DNA from: an uncultured Gammaproteobacteria bacterium | GTDB taxonomy: Bacteria; Patescibacteriota; Microgenomatia; Daviesbacterales; UBA10151 | Direction of reading: 5' to 3' | Assembly (NCBI GenBank): GCA_964390595.1 | Contig: CAYMIA010000004.1 | Coordinates: 4,023 to 68,022, forward strand | Length of the DNA stretch: 64,000 bases | Part shown: piece after piece, positions 1 through 9,393 of the stretch | Numbering within the stretch: the first letter of the stretch is position 1 | How the letters are laid out: every line of letters starts with the position of its first letter | Program-made: the position numbers and the translations under genes | The notes under the pieces: model-generated | The model's input: the letters and a program-made list of their open reading frames with translations, nothing else | Database searches by the model: none | Told to the model about the DNA's origin: nothing

Positions 1-199
1 CATCAGAGATGATTGGATTTTGAACTGGCATTTTGTAAAAATCAAACCAAGGTGAATAGCTACTGATTAATAGATCCCCAGGAAATGGGATTTTACCAAA
101 TGCGAAAAGTTTATAGTAAAGGGTAATAATAACTAAAATCAACAGAACTGGGACAATAATTTTTTGATTTTGGAATAAAAATTTTTGTAATTGATTCAT
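1..199 (-). CDS. YfhO-like GT-C membrane protein, N-terminal part (runs off the left edge; not in ORF track)
   Basis: Manual translation from ATG at 199: MNQLQKFLFQNQKIIVPVLLILVIITLYYKLFAFGKIPFPGDLLISSYSPWFDFYKMPVQNPIISD. A TM helix followed by a PFPGDLL..YSPW..NP..SD loop, resembling YfhO-type membrane glycosyltransferases. Confidence 0.7.
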   Translation of the reverse strand, partial: MNQLQKFLFQNQKIIVPVLLILVIITLYYKLFAFGKIPFPGDLLISSYSPWFDFYKMPVQNPIISD

Positions 200-228
200 C
201 TTGCCTTTTAAAGTAGCTTAAAATCTTG

Positions 229-234
229 TAATAT
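229..234 (+). promoter_or_regulatory. putative -10 box (TAATAT) 6 nt before GTG start, leaderless-type
   Basis: TAATAT-gtttat-GTG(241); no Shine-Dalgarno. Confidence 0.4.
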
Positions 235-240
235 GTTTAT

Positions 241-1146
241 GTGCAAGGGAAAATTTCCGTTGTTATTAATACTATAAACGAAGAGAAATCGATTGAGCAA
301 GCGATCCGCTCAGTTTTGGGATTTGCCGATGAGATTTTGGTTTGTGATATGCATTCTCACGACAATACTGCAGTTATCGCTAAAAAACTTGGTGCAACGG
401 TTATTTTTCATAAACCACTAAGCTTTGTTGAGCCAGCCCGCAATTTTGCTATCTCCAAAGCCTCTCATGAGTGGATTTTAGTTTTGGATCCGGATGAAGA
501 AATTCCTGAGTCACTATCCAAAGAGTTAAAAAGTATGGTAGACAGGCCAGTTGTGTCAACTTTTGTGGAGCTACCCAGAAAAAATTTAATTTTTGGTAAG
601 TGGATGAAGGCGGCGATGTGGTGGCCAGATTATAATATCCGTTTTTTTAAAGCAGGGAGTGTAGTTTGGAGTGACCGGATTCATATTCCGCCAAAGACTG
701 AAGGTCAAGGAATTAGGTTGCCTGAAGATGAGCGGTTTGCAATCATCCATCATCACTACGATAGTATCTCCCAATATCTAAAAAGACTAGACCGGTATAC
801 AGATGCTCAGGCCAGTGAGTTGCACAAAGATGGAGTCCGTTTTAAATGGGAGGATTTAATCAGCAAGCCATTGTCCGAGTTTTTGAGTAGATATTTTGCC
901 AACAGAGGATTTGAGGATGGGTTACATGGACTCTCGCTTAGCCTTTTGCAGGCTTTTTCCTTTCTAATAGTCTATCTAAAGCTTTGGGAGAAGGGTGAGT
1001 TTAAGACAGAAAATGTCACTTTAGAAGAAGTAAAGCAAGAATTTGATAAAGGTGGTAGCGAGCTTGCTTATTGGTTTAAATACGGCAATCTTTCTAAAAA
1101 CCCTCTCAAAAGATTTTTGCAGAGAGCCAAGAATAAACTACCCTAA
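241..1146 (+). CDS. GT2 glycosyltransferase, WaaE/KdtX beta-1,4-glucosyltransferase-like
   Basis: ISVVINTINEE, ARNFAI, WILVLDPDE, RKNLIFGKW, WPDYNIRFF, C-terminal GFEDGLHG. Confidence 0.88.
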   Translation: MQGKISVVINTINEEKSIEQAIRSVLGFADEILVCDMHSHDNTAVIAKKLGATVIFHKPLSFVEPARNFAISKASHEWILVLDPDEEIPESLSKELKSMVDRPVVSTFVELPRKNLIFGKWMKAAMWWPDYNIRFFKAGSVVWSDRIHIPPKTEGQGIRLPEDERFAIIHHHYDSISQYLKRLDRYTDAQASELHKDGVRFKWEDLISKPLSEFLSRYFANRGFEDGLHGLSLSLLQAFSFLIVYLKLWEKGEFKTENVTLEEVKQEFDKGGSELAYWFKYGNLSKNPLKRFLQRAKNKLP

Positions 1147-1152
1147 CTCTTC

Positions 1153-2010
1153 ATGAAAAAAGTTGGAGTTGTCATTTTAAATTATAAGGTCAAGGATTTA
1201 GCGATTCGGGCGGTTAAATCAGTTCTAGATTCGACATATCCAGAGCTGAGTATTATTGTCGTGGACAACAATTCAAAGGATGGTTTAGGTGAAGAGCTTA
1301 CAAAAGATCGATCAGTTATCTTTATCCAAAATTCAGCGAATCTTGGTTTTACTGGTGGAAATAATGTGGGAATAAAAAAAGCTTTAAATATGGGAGCAGA
1401 GTTGGTATTTATGTTAAACCCAGACGCTTACGTTGAAAAGGATACCATAGAAAAATTGGTCACCGGTTTGGAAAGATATCATGCGGGAATTGTTAATCCC
1501 AAGATCTATTTTGATAACTCGAAAACGATTTGGTTTGCGGGGAAAAAGTTTGATTATAAAAATGTGTTAGCCTCCCATATTGGAGTTGATAAAGAAGATC
1601 ATGGTCAATTTGATGAAGAAAAGGAGCTGGAAGATGCAACAGGTGCGGCACTCTTGATATCCAAAGAAGTTTTGGAAAAAGTGGGGGATTTTGATGACAG
1701 ATATTTTCTATATTATGAAGAAAGTGATCTGGTTTACCGGGCTAAAAAAGCTGGTTTTAAAGCTTATTATATTCCGAGCGCAGTGGTTTATCATAAGAAT
1801 GCTCAGTCAACTGGGGTGGGTTCACCGTTGCAGGATTATTTTATAACTAGAAACCGGATGCTTTTTGCATCAAAGTTTTTGCCCTTCCGAACTAGATTTG
1901 CGCTTTTCCGTGAGGCGTTAAGGCATCTCGGAAATCCTAACCGGAGACTGGCTCTGTTTGATTTTTTAACTGGTAAATTTGGTCAAGGAAGTTTTAAAAT
2001 GGATAGATAG
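1153..2010 (+). CDS. GT2 glycosyltransferase, WbbL/rhamnosyltransferase-like
   Basis: VVILNY, VDNNS, NLGFTGGNN, LNPD, TGAALLI, FDDRYFLYYEESD. Confidence 0.9.
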   Translation: MKKVGVVILNYKVKDLAIRAVKSVLDSTYPELSIIVVDNNSKDGLGEELTKDRSVIFIQNSANLGFTGGNNVGIKKALNMGAELVFMLNPDAYVEKDTIEKLVTGLERYHAGIVNPKIYFDNSKTIWFAGKKFDYKNVLASHIGVDKEDHGQFDEEKELEDATGAALLISKEVLEKVGDFDDRYFLYYEESDLVYRAKKAGFKAYYIPSAVVYHKNAQSTGVGSPLQDYFITRNRMLFASKFLPFRTRFALFREALRHLGNPNRRLALFDFLTGKFGQGSFKMDR

Positions 2011-2817
2011 ATGTTAAGTGTGATTGTTTTAACCCATAATGAAGAAGACCGGATTAAGGCTTGCCTGGAGTCTGTAAAGTGGGCTGATGAATTGATTGTC
2101 ATTGATGAAAAATCAACTGATCAAACTTTGGAGATCTCCAAAAAATATACTCCGAATGTTTTTTCCTTAAATACCACTGATTTTTCTGCTCGGCGGAATT
2201 TGGGGATGGAGAAATCAAAAGGTGATTGGGTTGTTTACATTGATGCTGACGAAAGGGTTCTGCAGCCGTTAAAGGAGGAGATTATCAAAATCACCGGTGA
2301 TGATAAAGCTAAATCAGCGTATGCGCTTGGTCGGGTAAATGTAATATTTGGTCAAGAAGTCTCTTACGGTCCATATAAAAACGATTGGATGATCCGAATG
2401 TTCAAAAGATCCGATTTTAAAACTTGGGTTGGTGAGGTTCATGAGCATGGGGAATTTTCTGGAGAGTTGGGTTATGCCAAAAATAAATTATTGCATTTAA
2501 CTCACCGGAACTTAGATCAATTTATGACCAAAGCATTAAATTGGTCGAAGATAGATGCCAAGTTAAGATTAGATTCTGGACATCCGGTAATGACAAAGTG
2601 GCGATTTATTAGAATTCTGCTAACTGAAACTTATCAGCAAGGAATAAGAAGAAGAGGATTTTTTGGAGGAACGGTTGGTTTTATTGACTCAATGCTTCAA
2701 GTAGTATTTTTCTTCTTAACCTATGTCCGGCTTTGGGAGATGCAACAGCCGAAGTCTCTAGATCTGGCTTACGATGAGTTAGATAAAAAATTAATTGAGA
2801 ATGGGTTTAATTACTGA
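2011..2817 (+). CDS. GT2 glycosyltransferase, WaaE/KdtX-like
   Basis: LSVIVLTHNEE, DFSARRN, YIDADE, GEVHE. Confidence 0.88.
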   Translation: MLSVIVLTHNEEDRIKACLESVKWADELIVIDEKSTDQTLEISKKYTPNVFSLNTTDFSARRNLGMEKSKGDWVVYIDADERVLQPLKEEIIKITGDDKAKSAYALGRVNVIFGQEVSYGPYKNDWMIRMFKRSDFKTWVGEVHEHGEFSGELGYAKNKLLHLTHRNLDQFMTKALNWSKIDAKLRLDSGHPVMTKWRFIRILLTETYQQGIRRRGFFGGTVGFIDSMLQVVFFFLTYVRLWEMQQPKSLDLAYDELDKKLIENGFNY

Positions 2818-3893
2818 TGAGGTTTGCAGTTTATTCACCTTATTTAGATACCTTTGGAGGTGGCGAAAAGTATCTTTTAACGATCGCTGAGGCTTTAACT
2901 AAATTGGGGGAGGTGGATCTGTTAATTGATACAAATTTAGCTAAAAAAAATCCTAGAAAATTAAAAGAGGTGTTGGCGGACCGTTTTGCGCTGGATCTTG
3001 ATCAAGTCAATTTAGTTAATGCGCCTTTGGGGGCAGGAACCAATTTAGTTTCCAGGGCACTTTTTTTAAAGAAGTATCAGCTGCTTTTTTCTTTCACAGA
3101 TGGGAGTATTTTTTATGCTAGCGCTAAAAAAAATATCCTTCATATTCAAACTCCGCTTGCTAATATTAATTCAAAAAATATTTGGGGGAAAATTAAACTG
3201 AACAGTTGGGATTTAGTAGTTTATAATTCCCAATTTACCAAAAAAAATTCACAGAAAAATTGGTCAATTCCTGGGGAGGTAGTTTACCCGCCAGTTGATG
3301 TGGAAAAAATTGCTCCTTTGGAAAAGAAGAACTATATTTTAAATGTAGGTAGATTTTTTGGTTATCTAAAGATCAAAAAACATGAGTTAATGATTGAAGT
3401 TTTTAAAGAGTTAATTGATACGGGAGAATTAAAAGGATGGGAGTTATATTTAGTGGGGGCGGCAACTGAGGGAGACTTAGAGTATGTTGATGAGTTGAAA
3501 AAAATGGCTAAAGGCTACCCTGTTATATTTGAGGTGAATGCTTCATATGAGCAGTTAGTGAAGCTTTATGGAGAATCAAAAATTTATTGGCATGCGATGG
3601 GCTATGGTGAAGATGATCCAACTAAGATGGAGCATTTTGGAATATCCACAGTTGAGGCGATGTCTGGTGGATGTGTGCCGGTAGTGATTAATAAAGGAGG
3701 GCAACCGGAAATTGTTGAGGATAGAGTATCTGGTTTTTTGTGGGACGAGACCAATCATTTAAAAAAACAAACTTTAACTCTAGTTAAAGACAAAGATATT
3801 TGGAGAAAGTTATCGGTAGAGGCCAGAGTCCGGTCTAGGCAGTTTGGAAAAGAGCATTTTGTTAAAAAAATCTGGGAGCTAGCCAGGAAATGA
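2817..3893 (+). CDS. GT4 glycosyltransferase (ALG11-like motif)
   Basis: GGGEKY, NSQFT, VVYPPVD, VGRFF, EHFGISTVEAM. Confidence 0.9.
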   Translation: MRFAVYSPYLDTFGGGEKYLLTIAEALTKLGEVDLLIDTNLAKKNPRKLKEVLADRFALDLDQVNLVNAPLGAGTNLVSRALFLKKYQLLFSFTDGSIFYASAKKNILHIQTPLANINSKNIWGKIKLNSWDLVVYNSQFTKKNSQKNWSIPGEVVYPPVDVEKIAPLEKKNYILNVGRFFGYLKIKKHELMIEVFKELIDTGELKGWELYLVGAATEGDLEYVDELKKMAKGYPVIFEVNASYEQLVKLYGESKIYWHAMGYGEDDPTKMEHFGISTVEAMSGGCVPVVINKGGQPEIVEDRVSGFLWDETNHLKKQTLTLVKDKDIWRKLSVEARVRSRQFGKEHFVKKIWELARK

Positions 3894-5572
3894 TTAAAAA
3901 AAATTGGTTAGTCTTGGGTTTAGTGGGAATTTTTATTGCCGCCTTTGTAGTGCGGGTCTACCAGCTAAACTTAGTGCCAATTGAACTTTTTGGGGATGAA
4001 ATTGATGTTGGTTTGCAAGCCAATTCAATTTTAAAGACTGGTAATGATTATTTGGGAAATACTTTTCCGGTCATGTTTCACTCATTTGCTGAGTATCGCT
4101 TGCCCCTTTTTATCTATAGCGATGTACCTTTTGTTGCTTTATTCGGGTTAAATGAATGGGGGGTCAGGTTCTCGGGAGTTTTTTGGGGGATGCTGGGCGT
4201 TTTGGGGATGTATCTGCTTTCAAATAAATTATTGGGGCGAAAAGTTGCTCTGATATCAACGGGTCTGCTAGCTTTTTCGGCTTGGCATATTCAGCTATCA
4301 AGACAAGGTGGAGTTGAGGCGATTATGTTGCTCACTTTTCTAATTTTTGGAGTTTGGAGTTTTTTAAAAGGATTGGATAAATTTAGTTGGCTTATTATCA
4401 GCGTAGTCATCTTTGGACTGTCTTTTTATACTTATGCAATAGCCGATGTTTTAACACCACTTTTTATACTGATGCTTTTAGGTTTGTACCCAAAAAAACT
4501 AAGAGCTTTTGGACTTAGAAAAGCGGCTGTTTTACTGGTTGTTTTGGTGGTAGTTCTTTTACCTTTTATTAATATTACTTTGCAACAGAAATCAACAAAC
4601 CGTTTCTCAAATATATCTATTCTTCATGACTCTAAAATAATACAAAAGGACATCGATGATAGAAGAAAACAAGAAAATCTTTCGTTTGGTTCAGCGGTTT
4701 GGCATAATAAAGTGCTGTCTTTCACAGATTCCTTTTTGCATAATTATTTAGAAAGTTTTTCAAGCGAATTTTTGATTATCAGGGGTGATCCCAATTTACG
4801 CCAATCAGTGGCTGACCGTGGGCAGCTTTATATATTTGAGGTCATAATTTTACTTTTGGGAGTGTATTTTTTTATTGTCAACAAAAAGTTCCCGAAGCTT
4901 TTAATCGGCTGGCTGATTTTGAGTCCAATTCCTGCCGGTTTAACAATTGGTGGGGGAAATCATGCTTCAAGGTTGCTACCAATGTTAATTCCACTCGAGA
5001 TTATAGCTGCTGTTGGGTTATCTTTTTTGTTTGAGCGCAAGAGACTTAAATCTTTTCAAGTTGTCATAGCAGTTGTGGCAGTTCTAGCTTTAATTAACAT
5101 CTCCAGTTACCTTTACCGGTATTACTATGATTGGTCAAAAGATAGTTGGAAATTTTGGCAGTATGGTTATAAGCAGGCGGTAACTTATATCAAGGCCCAT
5201 GACAGCGAATACTCAAAAATTTATTTTAATAACTCATATGAGCCGGCCTTGCCCCGTTTCCTTTTTTGGTATGGATATGATCCAGCTTTATTCCAGCAGC
5301 AGTTTAAAACAGACAAACCAACAGATAACTTAGCTGATGGATTTTCTGGTTTTTCTTTAGGGGATAAATATTTCTTCGGAACTATCACAGATGCAGACAG
5401 AAGAAGAGGTTTGTCAGTCTTGCTGAAACAAAATGAACTGTATATGGTCAGCAGTAAGGATGAAGCTTTTGAGCTAAATTGGGCAAATGAGCTTCCAGTA
5501 GGTTTGCATACTCTTAAAACTGTCTTTAGTCCTTTTAACGATCCTATTTTTTATATAGTAGCAAAGCGGTAG
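3890..5572 (+). CDS. GT-C membrane glycosyltransferase, PMT_2/ArnT-like
   Basis: About 12 hydrophobic segments; FGDE acidic motif after TM1, FGLNEWGVR, WHIQLSR, soluble C-terminal domain after WQYG. Confidence 0.82.
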   Translation: MIKKNWLVLGLVGIFIAAFVVRVYQLNLVPIELFGDEIDVGLQANSILKTGNDYLGNTFPVMFHSFAEYRLPLFIYSDVPFVALFGLNEWGVRFSGVFWGMLGVLGMYLLSNKLLGRKVALISTGLLAFSAWHIQLSRQGGVEAIMLLTFLIFGVWSFLKGLDKFSWLIISVVIFGLSFYTYAIADVLTPLFILMLLGLYPKKLRAFGLRKAAVLLVVLVVVLLPFINITLQQKSTNRFSNISILHDSKIIQKDIDDRRKQENLSFGSAVWHNKVLSFTDSFLHNYLESFSSEFLIIRGDPNLRQSVADRGQLYIFEVIILLLGVYFFIVNKKFPKLLIGWLILSPIPAGLTIGGGNHASRLLPMLIPLEIIAAVGLSFLFERKRLKSFQVVIAVVAVLALINISSYLYRYYYDWSKDSWKFWQYGYKQAVTYIKAHDSEYSKIYFNNSYEPALPRFLFWYGYDPALFQQQFKTDKPTDNLADGFSGFSLGDKYFFGTITDADRRRGLSVLLKQNELYMVSSKDEAFELNWANELPVGLHTLKTVFSPFNDPIFYIVAKR

Positions 5573-5581
5573 AATTGATCT

Positions 5582-6853
5582 ATGAGCAAAGCATTTATAT
5601 CAGTCCTAGTTATTGGAGTTTTAATCAGACTGCTATTTTCTTTCAGCACTTTTCATACAGACATCCGGGCATTCGATTTAGGAGGGCAGATTGTCTCCCG
5701 CGGTCACATCTGGGATTTATATGATTATTTGGCTACCCTAGATCCAAAAGATCCATTGGTTGAGGTCTATAAGTCGGATTTGTTTATCTATCCGCCAGCG
5801 ATTTATCTATTACATGGAATCTTTAGCTCAGTTTTTTCTTCGTTTTTGCCTGCTCCGCTACTGCGCCAATTTTTAGTGGATTATAGTTTGACCTTTGGAA
5901 ATATTTTAATTAACTTGCATCTGCTGTTTTTAAAGCTACCTTATTTAATATTTGATATTGGTTGTGCTTTTTTACTAGCCAAGTTATTTACTGAGAAAAA
6001 ACAACAATTGCAAGCATTTAGTTTGTGGATGTTTAATCCAGTGACTATTTACGCTAGTTTTATGATGGGTCAGTTTGATGTCATACCAACTTTTTTTGTA
6101 ATACTGTCTTTGGTAGTTTTAAAAAAAAGGTGGTTGTTTTTAAGACTCGAGCCACTTTTTGTTAGTGCAATTTGTTTGGGGGTGGGGGCAGCTTTTAAAA
6201 TTTATCCATTGTTTTTGCTGATACCTTTAGCGAGTCTAACTACAGGTTGGAAAAAAAGATTTCTGATCTTACTTTTGGGAAGCTTGCCTTATTTTTTAAG
6301 CGTTTTTCCGTATTTATTTTCAGCTGGATACAGGTCTTCGGCTTTAGTGGCGGGACAGATACTAAAAAGTTTTTACGCAGTCGTTCCGATTTCGGCTGGG
6401 GAGAGTATTATTCTGTTCATGGGAGCGATGATTTTTTTGTTTTTACTCTTTTTGATAAAGAATTTGCCTAGTTCGCCGTCTCTTGTGGAAATGGCCTGGC
6501 GGAGATTTTTTACTATTTTACTGATCTTCTTTATCTTTACCCACTTCCATCCACAATGGTTTGTGTGGATAACGCCTTTTTTGATCATTGACCTGATTGA
6601 AAGCCGGTTCAAACATTGGTTGCTTGTTGTGGGAAGTCTGACCAGCTTTATAGGGATGCTTTTTTTCTTTGACCCTTCTTTGACCGTAGGGCTTTTTAGC
6701 CCAATTTGGAGTCAGTTAGGGCAAATGCCTAGTATTTGGCAGATATTAGGTAGATCGGTTGATTACAATTTGGCGAGAAGTTTGTTGCAGACAGGTTTAG
6801 TTGGTTGTGCTCTTTATTATATTTACGGGGTGTTAACCAAAGAAAAAATCTGA
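5582..6853 (+). CDS. GT-C membrane glycosyltransferase, GT87/PIG-M-like
   Basis: Multi-TM; HTD, YPPA, LKLPYLIFD, WMFNP..GQFD, KIYP, HPQW. Confidence 0.72.
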   Translation: MSKAFISVLVIGVLIRLLFSFSTFHTDIRAFDLGGQIVSRGHIWDLYDYLATLDPKDPLVEVYKSDLFIYPPAIYLLHGIFSSVFSSFLPAPLLRQFLVDYSLTFGNILINLHLLFLKLPYLIFDIGCAFLLAKLFTEKKQQLQAFSLWMFNPVTIYASFMMGQFDVIPTFFVILSLVVLKKRWLFLRLEPLFVSAICLGVGAAFKIYPLFLLIPLASLTTGWKKRFLILLLGSLPYFLSVFPYLFSAGYRSSALVAGQILKSFYAVVPISAGESIILFMGAMIFLFLLFLIKNLPSSPSLVEMAWRRFFTILLIFFIFTHFHPQWFVWITPFLIIDLIESRFKHWLLVVGSLTSFIGMLFFFDPSLTVGLFSPIWSQLGQMPSIWQILGRSVDYNLARSLLQTGLVGCALYYIYGVLTKEKI

Positions 6854-9393
6854 TGAAACTTTCAGTAATTACAGTCACCTTTAACAATGAAGAAACAATT
6901 AGTGATCACCTGAAGTCTTTGCAAAAAACTTTGCCAGACCAGAGTGAGATTATTATTGTAGATAATGCTTCGTCGGATAGCACAGTTGAGATAGTTAAAA
7001 GTTTTAAAAGAGTTGAGTTAGTTTCTAACTCAGAGAATCTAGGTTTTTCTAAGGCTAATAATCAAGCTGCTAGAGTGGCCCGGGGTGAATTTTTATTTTT
7101 TATTAATCCTGATGTTCAAATTGAAGGTTCAATTAAGACCATGCTGGATTATATTGAAAGTAACCCTGAGGTGGGGATTTTAGCGCCAAAATTAATTGAC
7201 TCAACAGGTAAAACTCAGGAGTCGGTCTCCAAATTCCCAACTCTTTGGGGAGCGGTTAAGGAGTACCTACTGGATCAAAAAAACTCATACGATGAGTACG
7301 CGCCAAAAACAGACCAGCCAGTTGAAGTAGAGGTAGTATACGGCGCAGCGATGCTGCTACCCGCTCAAGTTTTTAAAAAAATTGGTGGATTCAATCAGAA
7401 ATATTTTCTTTTTTATGAAGATATTGATCTTTGTAAAAAAGTTCACCAACTAAGCTTGAAAGTGATTTATTTTCCTTCAGTTGTATTTAAACATTGGAAA
7501 GGGGTCAGTATGAAAGAGGCGGAAAGAATGCCTGTTGGAATCCGAACACTGTCTTGGTTTATACCGCTTCGAGCCAGTGGGAGTAGGTACTATATGATTA
7601 AAAGTACTCAACTTTATCATGGAGTAACTGTGGCAACTCTGATCCGGATTTTGATGTATTTGAGAACAAAAATAGAGCGGGTGAAATTGAATACTTTGGC
7701 TTGTCTTTTAATTATTTTAATTCTTAGTTTTCCTGCGGTTGCTCATTTAACTAAACCAGGTTTTTTTTCAATGCATGATGACATTCAGGTGATGCGGCTC
7801 TTTGAGATGAATAAGTGTTTGACTGATGGCCAGATTCCCTGCCGTTGGGTACCAGATATGGGAGCGGGTTTTGGACACCCACTTTTCAACTACCATCCGG
7901 TTTTGGGTTATTATACTGGAGCTTTAATTCACAGCTTGGGTTTTTCATATATTGATAGTGTCAAATTACTTTTTGCCCTGACGCTTGTTTTATCCGGTTT
8001 TTTTATGTTTTTTCTTACCCGGGAGTTTTTTGGCAAGTTAGCTGGAGTGGTGGCGGCAGTCTTCTTTGTTTATGCGCCGTATCATGCAGTGGATACATAC
8101 GTCAGAGGGGCGTTAACTGAAGATTTGGGGATACTGTTTTTACCGGTTATTTTTTTCTTTCTGTATAAGTATATTAAAAAACAGCACTTGGGGTTTTTTC
8201 TCGGGAGTATCCTATCTTTGTCAGCGCTTTTGTTAGCTCATAATATTACGGCGCTAATTTTTGTGCCAATAGCTTTAGTTTGGTCTTTGGTCTGGTTGGT
8301 TTATGAGCATAAATTGAAACTGCTTTGGTCTTTGGCGATGATTTTTGGTCTTTCGTTAGGGCTCTCGGCTTTTTTTGTTTTACCCTCAATTTTAGAGTTA
8401 AACCAGATTAATGTTTTGCAAAACTCTGGTTACTATAATTTCCATGATCATTTTGTATCTTTGGGCCAGCTGTTTCTTAAGAGAGAATTTGGTTATGGTG
8501 GTTCGCAGATTGGAAATGATGATTCATTGTCTTTTCAGATCGGTTGGCCACATTGGTGGATTTTGCTTTCATCGATAATTTTAGCAGTCATTTTGGCGAT
8601 AAAAAAGAAAAAATACCCAGTTGAGGTGATTTTTCTGATTTTGCTGACTGTAGGGGCGATTTTTATGACTCATTCTAAGTCAGTGGTGGTTTGGAACTTC
8701 TTTTCTTTTTTGACTTTTGTGCAATTTCCTTGGCGGTTTTTGGGAATTGTAATTTTTGGCTGTGCTTTTTTAGCGGCTTTTTTTATCAGTTTTTGGAGCA
8801 GGGGGGTAAAGTTTTTACTGACAGTGACATTAATTTTAATGGCAATTGTATTAAATGGTTATTATTTTCAGCCAGAGAAACACTTTTATGACCTAACCGA
8901 TCAGCAGATGTTAAGTGGAGAGAACTTTAAAAGACAGTCAATGACAACTTTGCTAGATTATGTTCCCAAAGATGTTAAAAAAGTTCCAGATCAGTTAGCT
9001 CCCAGCCGGCCTTATTCGAGTTTTCCTGAAGTGGAAAGTGGTGAGATGCAAAAAGGTTCTAACACCTGGAATTTTTTAGTCCAAAATCAGACTTCAATGC
9101 CTATTCTATTGCACATTCCAGTGTTTAATTACCCGCGGTGGAGAGTTTTAATAGATGGTAAAGACACCGTTGTTAGCAGTCAAGACCAAACGGGTGTTAT
9201 TGATATAATGGTGCCGGCTGGACAACATTTTGTCTTAGGCACGCTGACTAATACTTTTTGGCGAAGTTTTGGGAACAACTTATCGGTTGTAACTTTACTA
9301 GCCTTGATCCTTTTGGTTTTGACCCGCACCAAAGCATTGGGTACAATAGATTTAAGTGCTTGGATTAAAAATGCTCGCAAATCAACTGTTTAA
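6853..9393 (+). CDS. GT2 (WbbL-like) fused to YfhO/PTPS-related GT-C membrane domain
   Basis: Likely start ATG 6853 (TGATG overlap). First ~275 aa: VDNAS, NLGFSKANN, INPD, FLFYEDID. Remainder: HDDIQ..RL, PCRW, PLFNY, YAPYH..YVRGA, QFPWRF, FNYPRW. Confidence 0.82.
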   Translation: MKLSVITVTFNNEETISDHLKSLQKTLPDQSEIIIVDNASSDSTVEIVKSFKRVELVSNSENLGFSKANNQAARVARGEFLFFINPDVQIEGSIKTMLDYIESNPEVGILAPKLIDSTGKTQESVSKFPTLWGAVKEYLLDQKNSYDEYAPKTDQPVEVEVVYGAAMLLPAQVFKKIGGFNQKYFLFYEDIDLCKKVHQLSLKVIYFPSVVFKHWKGVSMKEAERMPVGIRTLSWFIPLRASGSRYYMIKSTQLYHGVTVATLIRILMYLRTKIERVKLNTLACLLIILILSFPAVAHLTKPGFFSMHDDIQVMRLFEMNKCLTDGQIPCRWVPDMGAGFGHPLFNYHPVLGYYTGALIHSLGFSYIDSVKLLFALTLVLSGFFMFFLTREFFGKLAGVVAAVFFVYAPYHAVDTYVRGALTEDLGILFLPVIFFFLYKYIKKQHLGFFLGSILSLSALLLAHNITALIFVPIALVWSLVWLVYEHKLKLLWSLAMIFGLSLGLSAFFVLPSILELNQINVLQNSGYYNFHDHFVSLGQLFLKREFGYGGSQIGNDDSLSFQIGWPHWWILLSSIILAVILAIKKKKYPVEVIFLILLTVGAIFMTHSKSVVVWNFFSFLTFVQFPWRFLGIVIFGCAFLAAFFISFWSRGVKFLLTVTLILMAIVLNGYYFQPEKHFYDLTDQQMLSGENFKRQSMTTLLDYVPKDVKKVPDQLAPSRPYSSFPEVESGEMQKGSNTWNFLVQNQTSMPILLHIPVFNYPRWRVLIDGKDTVVSSQDQTGVIDIMVPAGQHFVLGTLTNTFWRSFGNNLSVVTLLALILLVLTRTKALGTIDLSAWIKNARKSTV

